Source: Dehalococcoidia bacterium (lineage in GTDB: Bacteria; Chloroflexota; Dehalococcoidia; UBA2979). Taken from it: a stretch of 64,000 bases of DNA. Shown here one piece after another: positions 22,830 to 33,798 of this stretch (positions are counted from its first letter, which is position 1; the number at the start of each line of letters is the position of its first letter). The position numbers were made by a program, and so were the translations under genes. The stretch spans positions 2,336,001-2,400,000 of the forward strand of contig OZ253555.1 of the NCBI GenBank assembly GCA_965262725.1, written 5' to 3'. Under the pieces are notes generated by a model. That model had not been told where the DNA came from, made no database searches, and saw only the letters and a list, made by a program, of their open reading frames with translations.

Positions 22830-23383
22830 CCCATAGCCTCCGCGGTCGCGATGATTGATGGATGGGGCGCGAGCCCGGCCGGACGGGGAATCCGCCCGTG
22901 ACGCTCGACCGGCCTCAATCGCCAAGCGGGATCGCCAGATGCCAGCGAGGGATAGAGCTCGAGAGAACCTGCCCCCTCGTTACTGGGGCGCGCAGCTCAG
23001 ATGGACCGCTTCTGGGAAGTGGCGGGAACCGCGGAGCGTGCCGTGCCTCTGTCCTCGGGGACACCGACGTACGCGGCAATCTCCCACGGCGGATGAGGTC
23101 ATGCTCGAGCCCTTCACGTCCATCTACCAGCAAGGCTCCGGCGAACTCATCAGCCCCCCGTTCGACGCGGCCCCCGAACATGGTGTGCTCCGGCATCAGG
23201 AGGTGTTCTCCGCGTGCAGGAACGTGCGTCCGATGGCGTGCGCGATCATCCACCGCCACCTCGGCAGGCCGAGGCGTTGCCCCGTTCGGCCACATAGCTG
23301 GTCCGCATCTGCTCCCGTTTCACCCACGGCGCGCGGCCCGACGCACCCCGGTAGGTTGTCCGCCATCGCAGCTGTCGACGTGT

Positions 23384-23582
23384 GATTCTGACACTCCCCT
23401 GCTGTGATGAAATAGGTGCTAGTGACTACTCTGGGCGTGAACCTTTGCTCGCCCATGAGTCCACACTCGGCCTATTTGTCTTGATACAATGTGCTCGCGT
23501 CTCACATGAACAAGTGATGCAAGTGTTCAGTGGTAAACGCCGCGGGATTGCGCGGCTATACAGGGGGTGTCGGTCTGTCATG
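23384..23582. promoter_or_regulatory. Conserved ~200-bp non-coding element, copy 2 (upstream of giant gene 2)
   Basis: Homologous to 14374-14573, e.g. GATTCTG.CA.TCCCCT...GTGATGA.ATAGGTG and CACT.GGCCTATT. Confidence 0.6.
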
Positions 23583-23914
23583 GTCGCGGCGTCGATGCTC
23601 TCACATGAAGGGCGCGGTCACGGGAGGACTGGCGTGTTCAGGGCAGAACGCCGTCACGCTGCGGGCTCGGTTTCCGACCGGAGACTGCGACGCAGTGGAG
23701 GGTGGGTGTGCGGGCGGAGGTGGCACGCAGGGCCCCGCAGCCGACTGCCGCAGGTCCTCGCACAGAGTGGAAGGTGCCTCGCTGACTCTGGGATAATGGT
23801 GTCTGACGGCCTTCCGCCCCTGACGCCGCTGACCGCCAGGAGCGGCGCTCCGCCGGCCACACCGGGGCGGGAGCGCCGCAGGACCGCATTCCGGGATTCA
23901 CGGAGAGGGAGGAT

Positions 23915-24175
23915 GTGATGCCTACATTCACGAAGATGGACCCTGCTGATGTCGCCGTCGGGCGCGGGCGCGCCGCCGCGAAGATGCGGCAGCCATACAT
24001 CGAGGCGCTGAACGCGGGCGACGCAGGGAGCGTGGAGCTTGAGCGCGGCGAGAAGCCGGCGACCGTGAAGCGGCTGCTTCAGGAAGCGGCACGTCATGCG
24101 AACGTCCGCATCCGCTCCTCGTGGGCTGACAGCCAGCAGCGCATGCTGGTGTGGAAGAAGGTTGGCACGCGCTAG
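23915..24175 (+). CDS. Small basic hypothetical protein (86 aa), possibly DNA-binding
   Basis: Strong RBS (GGAGAGGGAGG) and natural composition. Function not recognised. Confidence 0.7.
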   Translation: MMPTFTKMDPADVAVGRGRAAAKMRQPYIEALNAGDAGSVELERGEKPATVKRLLQEAARHANVRIRSSWADSQQRMLVWKKVGTR

Positions 24176-24539
24176 GCCCGTGCATCTCGCGGTGGGTCGC
24201 GCCTTCTGGAACCGGTTCAGCGACATTCGGATGGTGGCGGTGAACCTCCATCTGAAGTTTCCGGTCTCGGTGGTCGGCGGGCTCCTGAGCGTACCGACGG
24301 TGGAGTTCCCGGGGCTGCGCCGAAGTCAACGCTTCCGTTGGTCACCAGGGGGCATCGAGCGCCTCCCCGAGCAGGCGAGCGGCGCACGGAGCATCTCCTG
24401 GAATCCGTGGCATCGTCTTCGATCCGTATGCCGGCCGGCTTGATCCGGGGATACCTCCGGTCGGCAGCGGTGTGCGCTGGGACGAGTAGTGACGGGGCCC
24501 CGCGCTCGAAGCCGGGGCGAGTGCTCAAGGGGATCGGTC

Positions 24540-25256
24540 ATGAACGCGCGCGTTGCCGACACCGCCCGGTTCTACGACCTTCTCGACCGCCTGGCAGTCC
24601 GCGTCGGCGGCCTCCGCGTGCTGGCCGACTGCACCGGCAGGATGAGATGGCCGCAGCGGGGGGTCTACTTCTTCTACGAGGCCGGCGAAACGCGCTCCGG
24701 CTCGGGCAGCGGACGCCGGGTCGTGCGTGTCGGGACGCACGCGCTGGTGAGCGGCTCCCGGGCCACCCTCTGGCGCCGTCTGTCGTAGCACCGGGGGTCG
24801 GCCCGGTCCCGGGGCGGCAACCACCGTGGATCGATCTTCCGCCTGCTCGTGGGCGCCGCCCTGGCCCGGCAGGGGGATCTCCCCCTCCCGCCCTCCTGGG
24901 GCCGTCGCGGACGGCGGCCCGGCCTGGACCGGGCCGCGCTCAAGCGGGACGAGTCGGGCCTTGAGGCGCTGGTCAGTCGCAGGATCGGGGCCATGCCGTT
25001 CCTCTGGCTGGGCGTGGACGACGCGCCGGGGCCCGGCAGCCAACGCACCCTGATCGAACGCAACGCGATCGCACTGCTCAGCGGCGACGCGGAGTCGGCA
25101 CTCGACCCACCGTCGCCGGGCTGGCTCGGACTCCACAGCGATCGCGAGCCCGTGCGCCGCTCCGGCCTCTGGAACAACCGCCATACGGACGAAAGCTACG
25201 ACCCGGCGTTCCTCGACGTGCTCGAGGAGCGGGTCGAGGAGATTCAACCGCCGTAG
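24540..25256 (+). pseudogene. GIY-YIG-like nuclease gene with a single in-frame TAG at 24786
   Basis: RGVYFFYE..VVRVGTHAL..TLWRRLS*HRG..GGNHRGSIFRLLVG; ORFs 24489..24788 and 24849..25256 are in the same frame. Confidence 0.7.
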
Positions 25257-25482
25257 CAAGCGGTAACACCGACCGACTGCCCACTATCCGGTCACAAGCG
25301 TCCCGGGCGCCCGACCAGCATGGGACGTAGCGCCACGCAGGAGGACGACGGACGACCACTGACTCCCGCTCGACTTCGGCAAGCTGACCAGCGACGGATG
25401 CTGCGTGTCGCTAGTAGCTGTGCCAGTAGAGGTCCAGGTGTCCCTGCGGGTCATATCCAGTGTCTCCCCAGCACACCGCCTA

Positions 25483-25697
25483 GTAGCGTCCCAAGAAGTG
25501 GTGTCACAGGCTGGGAGACGGTCTCCGCAGGGGATCTACAACCCACCATGCCGCCGTGCAGGTGGAGGTAAGAGACCACCGCGCCATCCTTCACGGAGGA
25601 CGACGGTGGTCACAGAAGGCGTGGACGTGTTGGAGCTGCTCCGCAAGCAGGCATCGGGAGCTGACCTCGATTGCCTGCGCGAAGCGGCCGTGCTCGC
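25483..25697 (+). mobile_element. IS256-family left end plus first ~30 codons of transposase (remnant)
   Basis: Terminal GTAGCGTCCCAAGAAGTGGTGTCA resembles IS256 IRs. RBS and GTG 25606 give MVTEGVDVLELLRKQASGADLDCLREAAVLA, like IS256 transposase N-termini. Confidence 0.7.
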
Positions 25698-25795
25698 CAC
25701 CAGTTGGGAAACGCTGGCTGGCGACGGCCGGACCTGGGTCTTCAACCTGCGCGAGGCCAGTGGTCGAACGGCGGGAAGTTCACGGCCGAGGACGG
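25693..25795 (+). pseudogene. Fragment of an oligopeptide-type (SBP_bac_5) ABC solute-binding protein
   Basis: LATSWETLAGDGRTWVFNLRE, then after a frameshift QWSNGGKFTAED. Confidence 0.6.
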
Positions 25796-26208
25796 GAGCG
25801 AACTTCCCGTTCACGCTGGAGTTCCAGGCACCTACGCGATCTCCGACAGCTCATGACCGGCGACGGTAGCACCGGGGTGCACCGGCAACGTTCCAGTGCC
25901 GGAGCGTTTCGGGGCGGGCGCCTGTCCGGCCAGCCGACGACCTCGTCGCCGTCTGCCGCAGCGTGTTCGTCGACTACGCGCGGGTTCCGTCATCGGGTCT
26001 CCGCGCCCGGAGGAGTCGCTGTCCCAGCGATGTGTGGCGTGGCCCGCAGGTTCCCGATCGCGACCTCGGCCCGCTGCCCCAGCGGTGACCCAGCCCGGCG
26101 TGGCGCGCCGGAAGCGAGTCTCGTCCCAAGCACATCCCCAGGGCATGGAGACACCCGAAGCCAGCCTGAACGCCGAGCCGAGAGCTACTCGATCGGTGCG
26201 GGCCCGAA

Positions 26209-27525
26209 GTGACGACTCTGCGGCCGCTCGGCGAGGTGCTCGCAAACGACAGCTTCCGGCGGCTCTGTGTTGTCGGCTCCGTGACCTCGACACTGCGGAC
26301 CCTCTGGGTCATCTGGCTGGTGCTATGGGTGTGCAACGCGTCGCACTTCCCCGAGACCTTCCCCGTGGGGCCCTTCCTCGCCGGCGAGATGATCCTGCTC
26401 GTTCTATCCGGGTTCGTGCTCGGGACGATCGCCGACCGCGTGTCGAGACAGAAGCTTCTCGTCGCCAGCCTTCTCACTCTCGCGGCCGTGTGGACGGCGT
26501 TCGGCCTGCTGTGCATCACGGACCGCCTCGAGCTGTGGCACGTGGTCGTCGGCGCGCTTGTCGTACCGATCGCCTGGGCAGGCGAGTTTGTCGCCAGGCG
26601 CGCCATGATCGGCGATGTCGTACGGCCCCACGTCGTCGGGCGCGCGGTGGCCCTCGACACCGGTGCGATCGTCCTTTCCCAGATGCTTGGGCTGCTCATC
26701 CACCATCGGGTCGTGTTCCACTGGGAGGTGGCGTTCTTCGTTGTATCAGCCGTCTTCGCGGCCGCAGCCCTCGTCGTCGTCTCGATGCGCTACACGCCGC
26801 CCGCCCGCGACAGGGCGCGCGCCTCGCCCCTCCGCGACGTGGCGGATGCCTTCGGCTGCGTCCGTGCCAGCCCACTGCTGATGGGCGTTCTCGCGGTGAG
26901 CGTCGCGATGACCCTCGGCTTCCCGTTCCTGCGCGTGGCCTTCCCTTACCTCTCCATGGCCAGCAGCGACTACATCCTTTCACAGCTCGATCCGTACCCA
27001 CACTTCTATTACTTCGAGCCCATGTGGGTGCCGGGTCTGGGCGCCTTCACCAAGGTGTGGGGGCTGAGCGCGGCGGTGGGGGCGGTGGTGGTAGCGGTGC
27101 TCGCACCACCGCACTCTTACTCCCGCATCTACTATTTCGGCGCGATCTTGTTCGTCATCTGCCTGCAGCTGCTCGGCCGCTCGGAGTCGTACGCGATCTC
27201 AGTGGCCTTGCTCTGTCTCGCCGGGGTCGGGATCGCGAGCTTCGAGACGATGCAGACGACGCTGGTCGTCGCGGCGGTGCCGCCGCAGATGCGCGGGCGA
27301 GCGATGGGAGCGCTCTTGCTCACGTTCGCCCCGTACGAGCTGGTGGCCGTCGGCGTCGGTGGCGGCGCCGTACTCCTCCAACCGATGGCCATGACGCTAT
27401 CGGCGACCGGGGGACTCATCGTGCTCGCGCTTGTCGGCCTCGCGTGGCCGCTTGTGCGGCGTCGGGGCGGCGTAGGACTGGGTAGGGACACAAGCGCCGC
27501 GAACCCGCATGACTCGCATGAGTAG
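26209..27525 (+). CDS. MFS transporter
   Basis: Multiple TM helices; motif A GTIADRVSRQKLL; VPPQMRGRAMG. Confidence 0.85.
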   Translation: MTTLRPLGEVLANDSFRRLCVVGSVTSTLRTLWVIWLVLWVCNASHFPETFPVGPFLAGEMILLVLSGFVLGTIADRVSRQKLLVASLLTLAAVWTAFGLLCITDRLELWHVVVGALVVPIAWAGEFVARRAMIGDVVRPHVVGRAVALDTGAIVLSQMLGLLIHHRVVFHWEVAFFVVSAVFAAAALVVVSMRYTPPARDRARASPLRDVADAFGCVRASPLLMGVLAVSVAMTLGFPFLRVAFPYLSMASSDYILSQLDPYPHFYYFEPMWVPGLGAFTKVWGLSAAVGAVVVAVLAPPHSYSRIYYFGAILFVICLQLLGRSESYAISVALLCLAGVGIASFETMQTTLVVAAVPPQMRGRAMGALLLTFAPYELVAVGVGGGAVLLQPMAMTLSATGGLIVLALVGLAWPLVRRRGGVGLGRDTSAANPHDSHE

Positions 27526-27719
27526 TGGCACCGGGAGGATCCATCGCCGATGCGCGCCGGCAGGTACGTAGCGGGGGCCACGGCAGCCCTGGCGGTCATC
27601 GCGGCGCTGGTCGTACTCGCCTGCGCCCCGCTACCGACGTACCAGTATCAGTACGTGTGGCATGACGCTCCCCTGGACCCCGTGTCCGGGGACTGGTGCC
27701 TGGTGGGTGGTCACCATGG

Positions 27720-28379
27720 AGCAGGGTGTTCGCCAACGAGGACTTCGGCTACCGCAAAGTGACCGTCGAGCGACCGCTGCGCCTCAACTTCGCGGCCACC
27801 GAGGAGCGCATCGCTCGCATCGAGGACGAGCGCGCGTTCCAGAACCTCGCGAAGAGCAAGAAGCGCCCTGGCCCCGCACACGATGCCGAGGTCGCCGAGG
27901 GTCAGGCGCGACAGGAGGCGATCCGCGACCTGCTGCGGTCGCTCGCCGGCCAGACGGGCGGCGCGGTGGTGCGCGACCGCGAGACGTTCGTCGAGGTGCT
28001 GCGCGGCGCCGAGGCGGCCGCGCGCGTGAAATTAGCAGCACCGGAGCGCAAGGCGGTGCTCGCCGCACTCGGCGAGCGCGACCCGGCCGCCGACGTCTGC
28101 CGTGACCGCCGCGGCAACCCCGAGCCGGACACCGAGCTGCGCGACACGGAAACCGTACCGCTGGCCGAGGAAGTAGACGCCTACATCGCGCGCGAGGTGC
28201 TGCCGCACGTGCCGGACGGGTGGGTCGACGAGAGCAAGACGAAGGTCGGCTACGAGATCCCGCTCAACCGTCACTTCTACGTGTACGAGCCGCCTCGCCC
28301 GCTCGAGGAGATCGAGGCGGACCTGCAGGCGCTGGAGCAGGAGATAGCGGGCCTGCTCTCCGATGTCGTGAGAAGCTGA
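27720..28379 (+). pseudogene. hsdM: C-terminal fragment of type I R-M methyltransferase HsdM
   Basis: SRVFANEDFGYRKVTVERPLRLNF..PDTELRDTETVPL..EVLPHVPDGWVDESKTKVGYEIPLNRHFY. N-terminal catalytic part is absent. Confidence 0.85.
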
Positions 28380-28419
28380 TGCACTACCGGTTCCTGCCGG
28401 GATGCGTCCGATAGACTAG

Positions 28420-28643
28420 GTGGGGAGAGGCGCTACCGCTTCTTCTTCTACGCGAGCGATCGGGAGGAACCGCCGCACGTCCACGTTGAGCGCGACCGGC
28501 AGACGGCCAAGTTCTGGCTGCGGCCGGTCAGGCTCCAACGCAGCGGAGGGCTGAGGCCGTCCGAGATACGGCGCATCACGAGGACCGTCGTCGACAACGA
28601 GACGCTGTTCATGGAGGCGTGGAATGAGCGTTTCAATGCTTGA
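28420..28643 (+). pseudogene. DUF4160-family (HicA-like) toxin gene lacking its 5' start
   Basis: Manual translation YRFFFYASDREEPPHVHVERDRQTAKFWL..MEAWNERFNA*. No in-frame start codon between the upstream TGA (28377) and the conserved core. Confidence 0.75.
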
Positions 28644-28968
28644 GGTGAGCGTCCCCGAAGCGGAAACTGTCAAGGTCTCGGGCGACACGCTGACCGCCGA
28701 GCTTTCCGACGGGCGCACCATCTCCGTGCCACTCGACTGGTACCCGCGGCTGACCCACGCCACGCCGGAGGAGCGCGACAACTGGCGGCTCATCGGGGGA
28801 GGCGAGGGCATCCACTGGCCCGACCTGGACGAGGACATCAGCGTCGAGGGCCTGATTGCTGGTCGTCCGTCCGCCGAGAGCCAGAAGTCCTTCCAGCGCT
28901 GGCTGGAGGCCAAGCGCGCCGGCCGACCGCTGACGCTGGATGCCTTGCTTCGTCACGACCGTGAGTGA
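28624..28968 (+). CDS. DUF2442-family putative antitoxin
   Basis: LSDGRTISVPLDWYPRL..ATPEER.NW..IGGGEGIHWPDLDEDISVEGL; overlaps the DUF4160 remnant. Confidence 0.88.
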   Translation: MSVSMLEVSVPEAETVKVSGDTLTAELSDGRTISVPLDWYPRLTHATPEERDNWRLIGGGEGIHWPDLDEDISVEGLIAGRPSAESQKSFQRWLEAKRAGRPLTLDALLRHDRE

Positions 28969-28988
28969 CTGGCGAGAAGAGAGGGGCG

Positions 28989-29330
28989 ATGAAGTTGACG
29001 TATGCCGTCGTCATGGAGCAGACGCCCAACAACTACGGCGCCTACGCGCCAGACGTACCGGGCTGCATCAGCACGGCCGACACCTGGGATGAGATGCTGG
29101 CGATGATCCGCGGAGCGCTCACCTTCCACATCGAACTCCTGATCGAGGACCGCGATCCGGTGCCGTCGCCGACGGTGTCCATCGACGACGCCATCGCGCA
29201 CCACAGCCGGGCGCTCTCCGAGGCCGACGAGGAGTTGCTGGCCGAATGCGGTGACGCCCCTCCGACGATCTCGACCCGCTTCGAACTGGTCGAGATCGAG
29301 GTTCCGGCGCTGCAACCCGAGGCCGTGTAG
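28989..29330 (+). CDS. HicB-family antitoxin (no adjacent HicA)
   Basis: YAVVMEQTPNNYGAYAPDVPGCISTADT.DE...IRGAL.FHIE. Confidence 0.85.
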   Translation: MKLTYAVVMEQTPNNYGAYAPDVPGCISTADTWDEMLAMIRGALTFHIELLIEDRDPVPSPTVSIDDAIAHHSRALSEADEELLAECGDAPPTISTRFELVEIEVPALQPEAV

Positions 29331-29353
29331 GTCTCGCCCGCTTCGCCGACGAC

Positions 29354-29716
29354 ATGGCTCAGCAGCCCGATCCCGCAGACGCCCCGCCTGCCCTACCGGC
29401 CCTCAAGATCGTCGAGCCCGAGGTCGACGCCGAGGACCCGTGGGGCGACGATGTGCTCAAGCGCAGGGAGATCGCCGATCGCCTGACGAGCATCGTCCGA
29501 AGGCAGGAGGCACCGTTCGTCATCAGCCTCGACGGTCGCTGGGGGACGGGGAAGACGTTCCTGCTCAAGCGCTGGCGGCAGGATCTCGAGAACCAGGGCT
29601 TGGGAATGACAATCCGTTCTGGCCCCACCGTGATGATCCAGTTGGCCCCACCCGGTCGGCGTGATCAGTTTCCGCTGGCGCCTCCCTCCGCGAACCTGGT
29701 GAGACGCAGGCGATAG
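29354..29716 (+). pseudogene. Truncated KAP-family P-loop NTPase (N-terminus only)
   Basis: DPWGDDVLKR..PFVISLDGRWGTGKTFLL; similarity stops at about 29600. Confidence 0.8.
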
Positions 29717-30231
29717 GATTCCTGCCGCGCGAGAGCACGACTCCGTGCGTGATCACTCCCCCCTCATCACGTCGGCCGGAAACGTGCCGTTGCCCCATGG
29801 GGCGGGTCGGGCGGGCAGCTCCGGGTTGTCGAGCGGCGATGTCTCCGGCTCCGGCACGGACATGATGTGCTCGTCCGCGGGCTAGACCGCCGCCGCCTCC
29901 AGCGGGACGACCCGGAGCGTGCCGAGCTCGGAGACGACGACGTGCCGCAGCTGCTGCCGGAGCGTCGCCACGGAGCGACGCATTCGATCACTGGTCCCGC
30001 ACTCGCCGAGGACGTCTCGGGGCCGCCCTTGGCGTCCCCGAATCATTGACCACGCGGACCGATTCCCCGTCGCGCCGGCGCGAGCCAGCCTGACCTCCGG
30101 TCTCGTGCTCTGCCCGGCCGTCGCCGGGGCATCGCATCCCCATGCAGTTCGTCGCTCAGGGGAGTGCGCCAGCGCTTCCCGGCTCCATCATCTCCCGCGC
30201 CTCACGGAATGCCGCGCAATGCGGAATCCAC

Positions 30232-31416
30232 TCACTCGCCGGCCTCGATCCCCACGATCAGGTCGAGCAGGCCGGCAGCCTCCCAGCTGCGATTCCGCGC
30301 CGAGCGGCTGAGCGGGATGAGGACACCGCACGACTCCAGCTGGCTGATCGCATGAGCGACCGCCGGGCGTGTCCGCCCGGTAGCCGCCTGAGCCACGCTG
30401 GTCGTGATCACGGGGTGCGCAGGCAAGGCGTCGACGATCGGCCACGCGGCGGCATCCGAACGCGGGCGGACGTCCCGGGCCAGCTGCTCGCGCCACATCT
30501 CCTGCAGCCCGGCGACGCGTTCGGCGTACCGCGCAGCGAGCAGCGCCGCGGCTGCGGTTGCCTCGGCGAAGATCGCCACCCACCCGGCGGACCGATCTGC
30601 CCGAAACTGCGCCAGTCCCTCGATGTAGCGTTCACGATGGCGGGCAAGCACGACGCTGATCGGTGGTACGTAGGACGGCGCCAGTTGACGCCGCCGGAGG
30701 ATCACCTGGACGAGGGCGCGCCCTGTGCGTCCGTTGCCATCCTCAAATGGATGGATCGTCTCGAACTGCGCGTGCGCGATCGCCGCCTGGACGAGCGGCG
30801 ACAGGGTGTCGTCATTGCAGAAGGTGGAGAGATCCGCAAGCAGCGGCCCGACCTCTTCCGGCGGCGGTGGGACGAAGTCAGCCCCACACGGGTTGTAGCT
30901 GTTGCCGCCGATCCAGTTCTGGACAGTCCGGACGCGGCCGACGGTGCCTGCGCGGGCGTCGGGAGCCATCAGCACGCGATGGATCGACGCAAGCCCGGCG
31001 GTATCGATCGCCTGCTCTCCGGCGGCATGCTCGACGGCGAGCTCCATCGCGTCGATGTTCGCAAGAATGCCCATGGCGTCCGGGCCGACCCGCTGCCCGG
31101 CATCCTGCTTTACCTCGGCTCGGGCGAGGTCCCGGGCGTCGACCTGCATCCCCTCGATCCTCGACGAGCCGATCGCCTCGGTCCGCAGCAGGAGCCGGGC
31201 GAGCGGCGCCAGCCGGGCGGCGGAACCCCGGTTCAGGTCCGAGATCGCTTTCTCCGCCTCGGAGACGAGCCCGACGACGTCGCCGGGGAGGCTGAGCTTG
31301 AGAGTCGCCAGCATGTCCGGGACAAAGGCATCGTACGAGCACGCCCGCCGATAGCTCGCCGGGGCGTACAGCGTGGGGTCATGCTTCCATGTTCGTCGAA
31401 GCAGGCGGCTGCGCAC
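30232..31416 (-). CDS. Fic-domain protein
   Basis: Fic motif HPFEDGNGRTGR; EAIGSSRIEG; QNWIGG. Confidence 0.92.
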   Translation of the reverse strand: MRSRLLRRTWKHDPTLYAPASYRRACSYDAFVPDMLATLKLSLPGDVVGLVSEAEKAISDLNRGSAARLAPLARLLLRTEAIGSSRIEGMQVDARDLARAEVKQDAGQRVGPDAMGILANIDAMELAVEHAAGEQAIDTAGLASIHRVLMAPDARAGTVGRVRTVQNWIGGNSYNPCGADFVPPPPEEVGPLLADLSTFCNDDTLSPLVQAAIAHAQFETIHPFEDGNGRTGRALVQVILRRRQLAPSYVPPISVVLARHRERYIEGLAQFRADRSAGWVAIFAEATAAAALLAARYAERVAGLQEMWREQLARDVRPRSDAAAWPIVDALPAHPVITTSVAQAATGRTRPAVAHAISQLESCGVLIPLSRSARNRSWEAAGLLDLIVGIEAGE

Positions 31417-31829
31417 CGGGCATCCTTTCGCGTTCGGACGCGATAGGAAAGGCTAGCATACTAAACTTTCTCATGGGCAAGCGAAGGGCAAGGTTATCGC
31501 GCTGCTGCTTCTCGTTGAGCGCAGCGACGCCGGCCCTGCGTCCCGCCAGTCGGCCTGGCAACTCCACCCCGCACCCGATCTCCGTCACCTGCCAGTCGAT
31601 CCGCTCGGCGACCACGCTGCGACACCGTTCGTTCCGCAGGCCACGCCGTGACGCTCGCGGTAGCGTGGCCCGTGCCGACGGCGCGGCGCCCGGGCGTCGA
31701 GCGGATCCTCCTTGATCGGGGGAGCGGGTGGGCACGGACTCGTTCGAACGTTACGGCGCCGCGAGCTGTCGCGACCGGTCGCGGTCAGCATGCACGGCCG
31801 CTCGCGTGTGAGCTATCACACGAAACGCC

Positions 31830-32280
31830 GATCGCCAGCAGGATCAGCGGCAGCACGACCCGCGAGTCGCGATCGCTCGCCTCCTGCGTGTCGGCCCCCG
31901 CGGCGGTGTCGCCGCCGACCAGCACGCCGGCCGGCTCGAGGCCTGCCGAGGCCGCGCTCGCACGGGCAAGCCCGCGCGGCTCGGGGCACGACATCGAGCC
32001 GCTCGTCGGCGAAGGGGTTGTCCTTCAGTACGACGTCGATGCGCAGGGCGCCGCCGGCGGCGGAGACAAAGCGCGCCGCGGCTCCCCGCGGCCCACCCGG
32101 CGGAGCACCCGTACTGAAGGGCCGGCTCGGTCCGGATGCGCTCGCGACGGTCGGGTATTCGGCGGACGCGGTCGTCAGCGCGTCGAGCTGCTCGAGTGGA
32201 AGGCGAACAGGCCCGCGATGAGTAGCGCCAGCGCCGCCATCGTGGCCGCGAGGGGCTCGCGCCGCCACCGCAGCATGACG
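31830..32280 (-). pseudogene. Frameshifted MMPL/RND-like transporter fragment
   Basis: Pieces in different frames: RIDVVLKDNPFADE and VLVGGDTAAGADTQEASDRDSRVVLPLILLAIG. Confidence 0.5.
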
Positions 32281-32408
32281 CCGCCGGCCGTAGATGCTGC
32301 GCCGCCAGTCCTCGCGGGTCGGCGACCTCTCGCCCGCCGCCGGGTCGAGTAGCCCGGTACCATGCCGACGCGCGCCGGCACGCGGATGAGGGTAGACACG
32401 TGCTCGAT

Positions 32409-33569
32409 ATGCGGTCGCGGAAGCCAGCACCGCAACTCGCTGTCATCGACTGCGAGACGACAGGCCTGGGCCGACATGACCGGATTGTCGAAATCGCCGT
32501 GCTCACGCTCGACCCGCACTCATGGGAAACACTGGACGAGTACGACACGCTCATCAACCCTGAGAGGGATGTCGGTCCGGTGGAGTTGCACGGGATCACG
32601 GCCTCGATGGTGGAGGCAGCCCCTACGTTCGCCGAAGTCGCGGCCCCACTGGCCCGTCGACTGCACGGGGCGGTCCTGATCGCGCACAACATCAGCTTCG
32701 ACACGCGAATGCTCGGCTACGAGTTCACGCGGCTCCATGTGGAGTTTGGTGCCGGTTCGGGTCTGTGCACGCTGAGGGCGACCCGGGAGAAGCTCGGTGC
32801 CGCATGCCGCAGGCACGGCGTCGCGCTCGACAACGCGCACCGGGCGCTTGCCGATGCCCGTGCTACTGCTGCACTCGGGCGGAAGGTATTGACAGGCGAG
32901 GAGCGAGACGCCGCGGCAGCGACGGTCGGATACCTCTCCCATAGCCCCGCTCCGCGGACCCTCAGGCGCGCAGGGGCGGATGCGGGGATCAGCGAAATGG
33001 CGCGCATCATTTCGCTCGCGCACTACCCATACTCCGACGAAGCCCTGCTCCAATACCTTGATGCACTGGACTGGGTGCTGGACGACCACCATATCGACGA
33101 GGAGGAACATGCAGCGATCAGAGACCTGGCGAAGACACTAGGCATCTCCGACAAGGCGCGCGAGGATGCTCACCGTTCGTACCTCGCCTCGATCATCGCT
33201 GCCGCCGAGCGCGACGGCATCGTCACGGAAGCCGAGCAGCGACTCATCAGCCGAACCGCAGCCGCACTGGAGATCACGGACGTAGCCATTCCCGACGTGA
33301 CCGGCCTGCCGTCCGGTAGCCGGTTGCGTCCGGGCATGCGCGTCTGCTTCACGGGCAACGCTCCCGAGACCCCCCAGGCTTGGCTGGAGGAGCATGCGGC
33401 GTTCGCCGGTCTGCAACCTGTTGACCGCGTGACGAAGCGGGGCTGCGACTTGCTGGTAGCGGCGGACACCGCCAGCCAGTCGGGGAAGGCACGTGCAGCA
33501 CGGAGTTACGGCGTTCCTGTGCTGGCGGTATCTGACTTTCTGGCTCAGATCGGGGCGGCAGTCCCATGA
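32409..33569 (+). CDS. DEDDh 3'-5' exonuclease (DnaQ-like) fused to a TerB-like helical region and a C-terminal BRCT domain
   Basis: IDCETTG, AHNISFD, AHRALADA; DHHIDEEEH / DGIVTEAE; RVCFTG..VTK..LLVAAD..SGKA..A.SYGVPV. Confidence 0.85.
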   Translation: MRSRKPAPQLAVIDCETTGLGRHDRIVEIAVLTLDPHSWETLDEYDTLINPERDVGPVELHGITASMVEAAPTFAEVAAPLARRLHGAVLIAHNISFDTRMLGYEFTRLHVEFGAGSGLCTLRATREKLGAACRRHGVALDNAHRALADARATAALGRKVLTGEERDAAAATVGYLSHSPAPRTLRRAGADAGISEMARIISLAHYPYSDEALLQYLDALDWVLDDHHIDEEEHAAIRDLAKTLGISDKAREDAHRSYLASIIAAAERDGIVTEAEQRLISRTAAALEITDVAIPDVTGLPSGSRLRPGMRVCFTGNAPETPQAWLEEHAAFAGLQPVDRVTKRGCDLLVAADTASQSGKARAARSYGVPVLAVSDFLAQIGAAVP

Positions 33570-33798
33570 CCACACGAGTGCGCTGACCGGCACCGACGGA
33601 GCGCGTGCTGGGCAGCAACACGACGTTCGACCCGGACGTAGCGACGGGCAGGGGTCTGCGCCCGGAGCCGCGGTCCTACATCGCCAGCGCGCCCGGCTTC
33701 GTGGGCGAGCCGGAGTGGACCGCAGGCAGACCTCCGCTCGCTAGCCCTGAGCCGGCAGACCAGGCGGGGCGAGACGGGTCGTGCCCGATCCGTGTCAC

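Noticed and set aside
23090-23270. Protein-like stretch DEVMLEPFTSIYQQG...
   Set aside because: Possibly a gene fragment, but I cannot recognise a family.
27550-27762. 70-aa lipoprotein-like ORF
   Set aside because: Its 3' end runs into the hsdM fragment; probably a truncated remnant and cannot be assigned.
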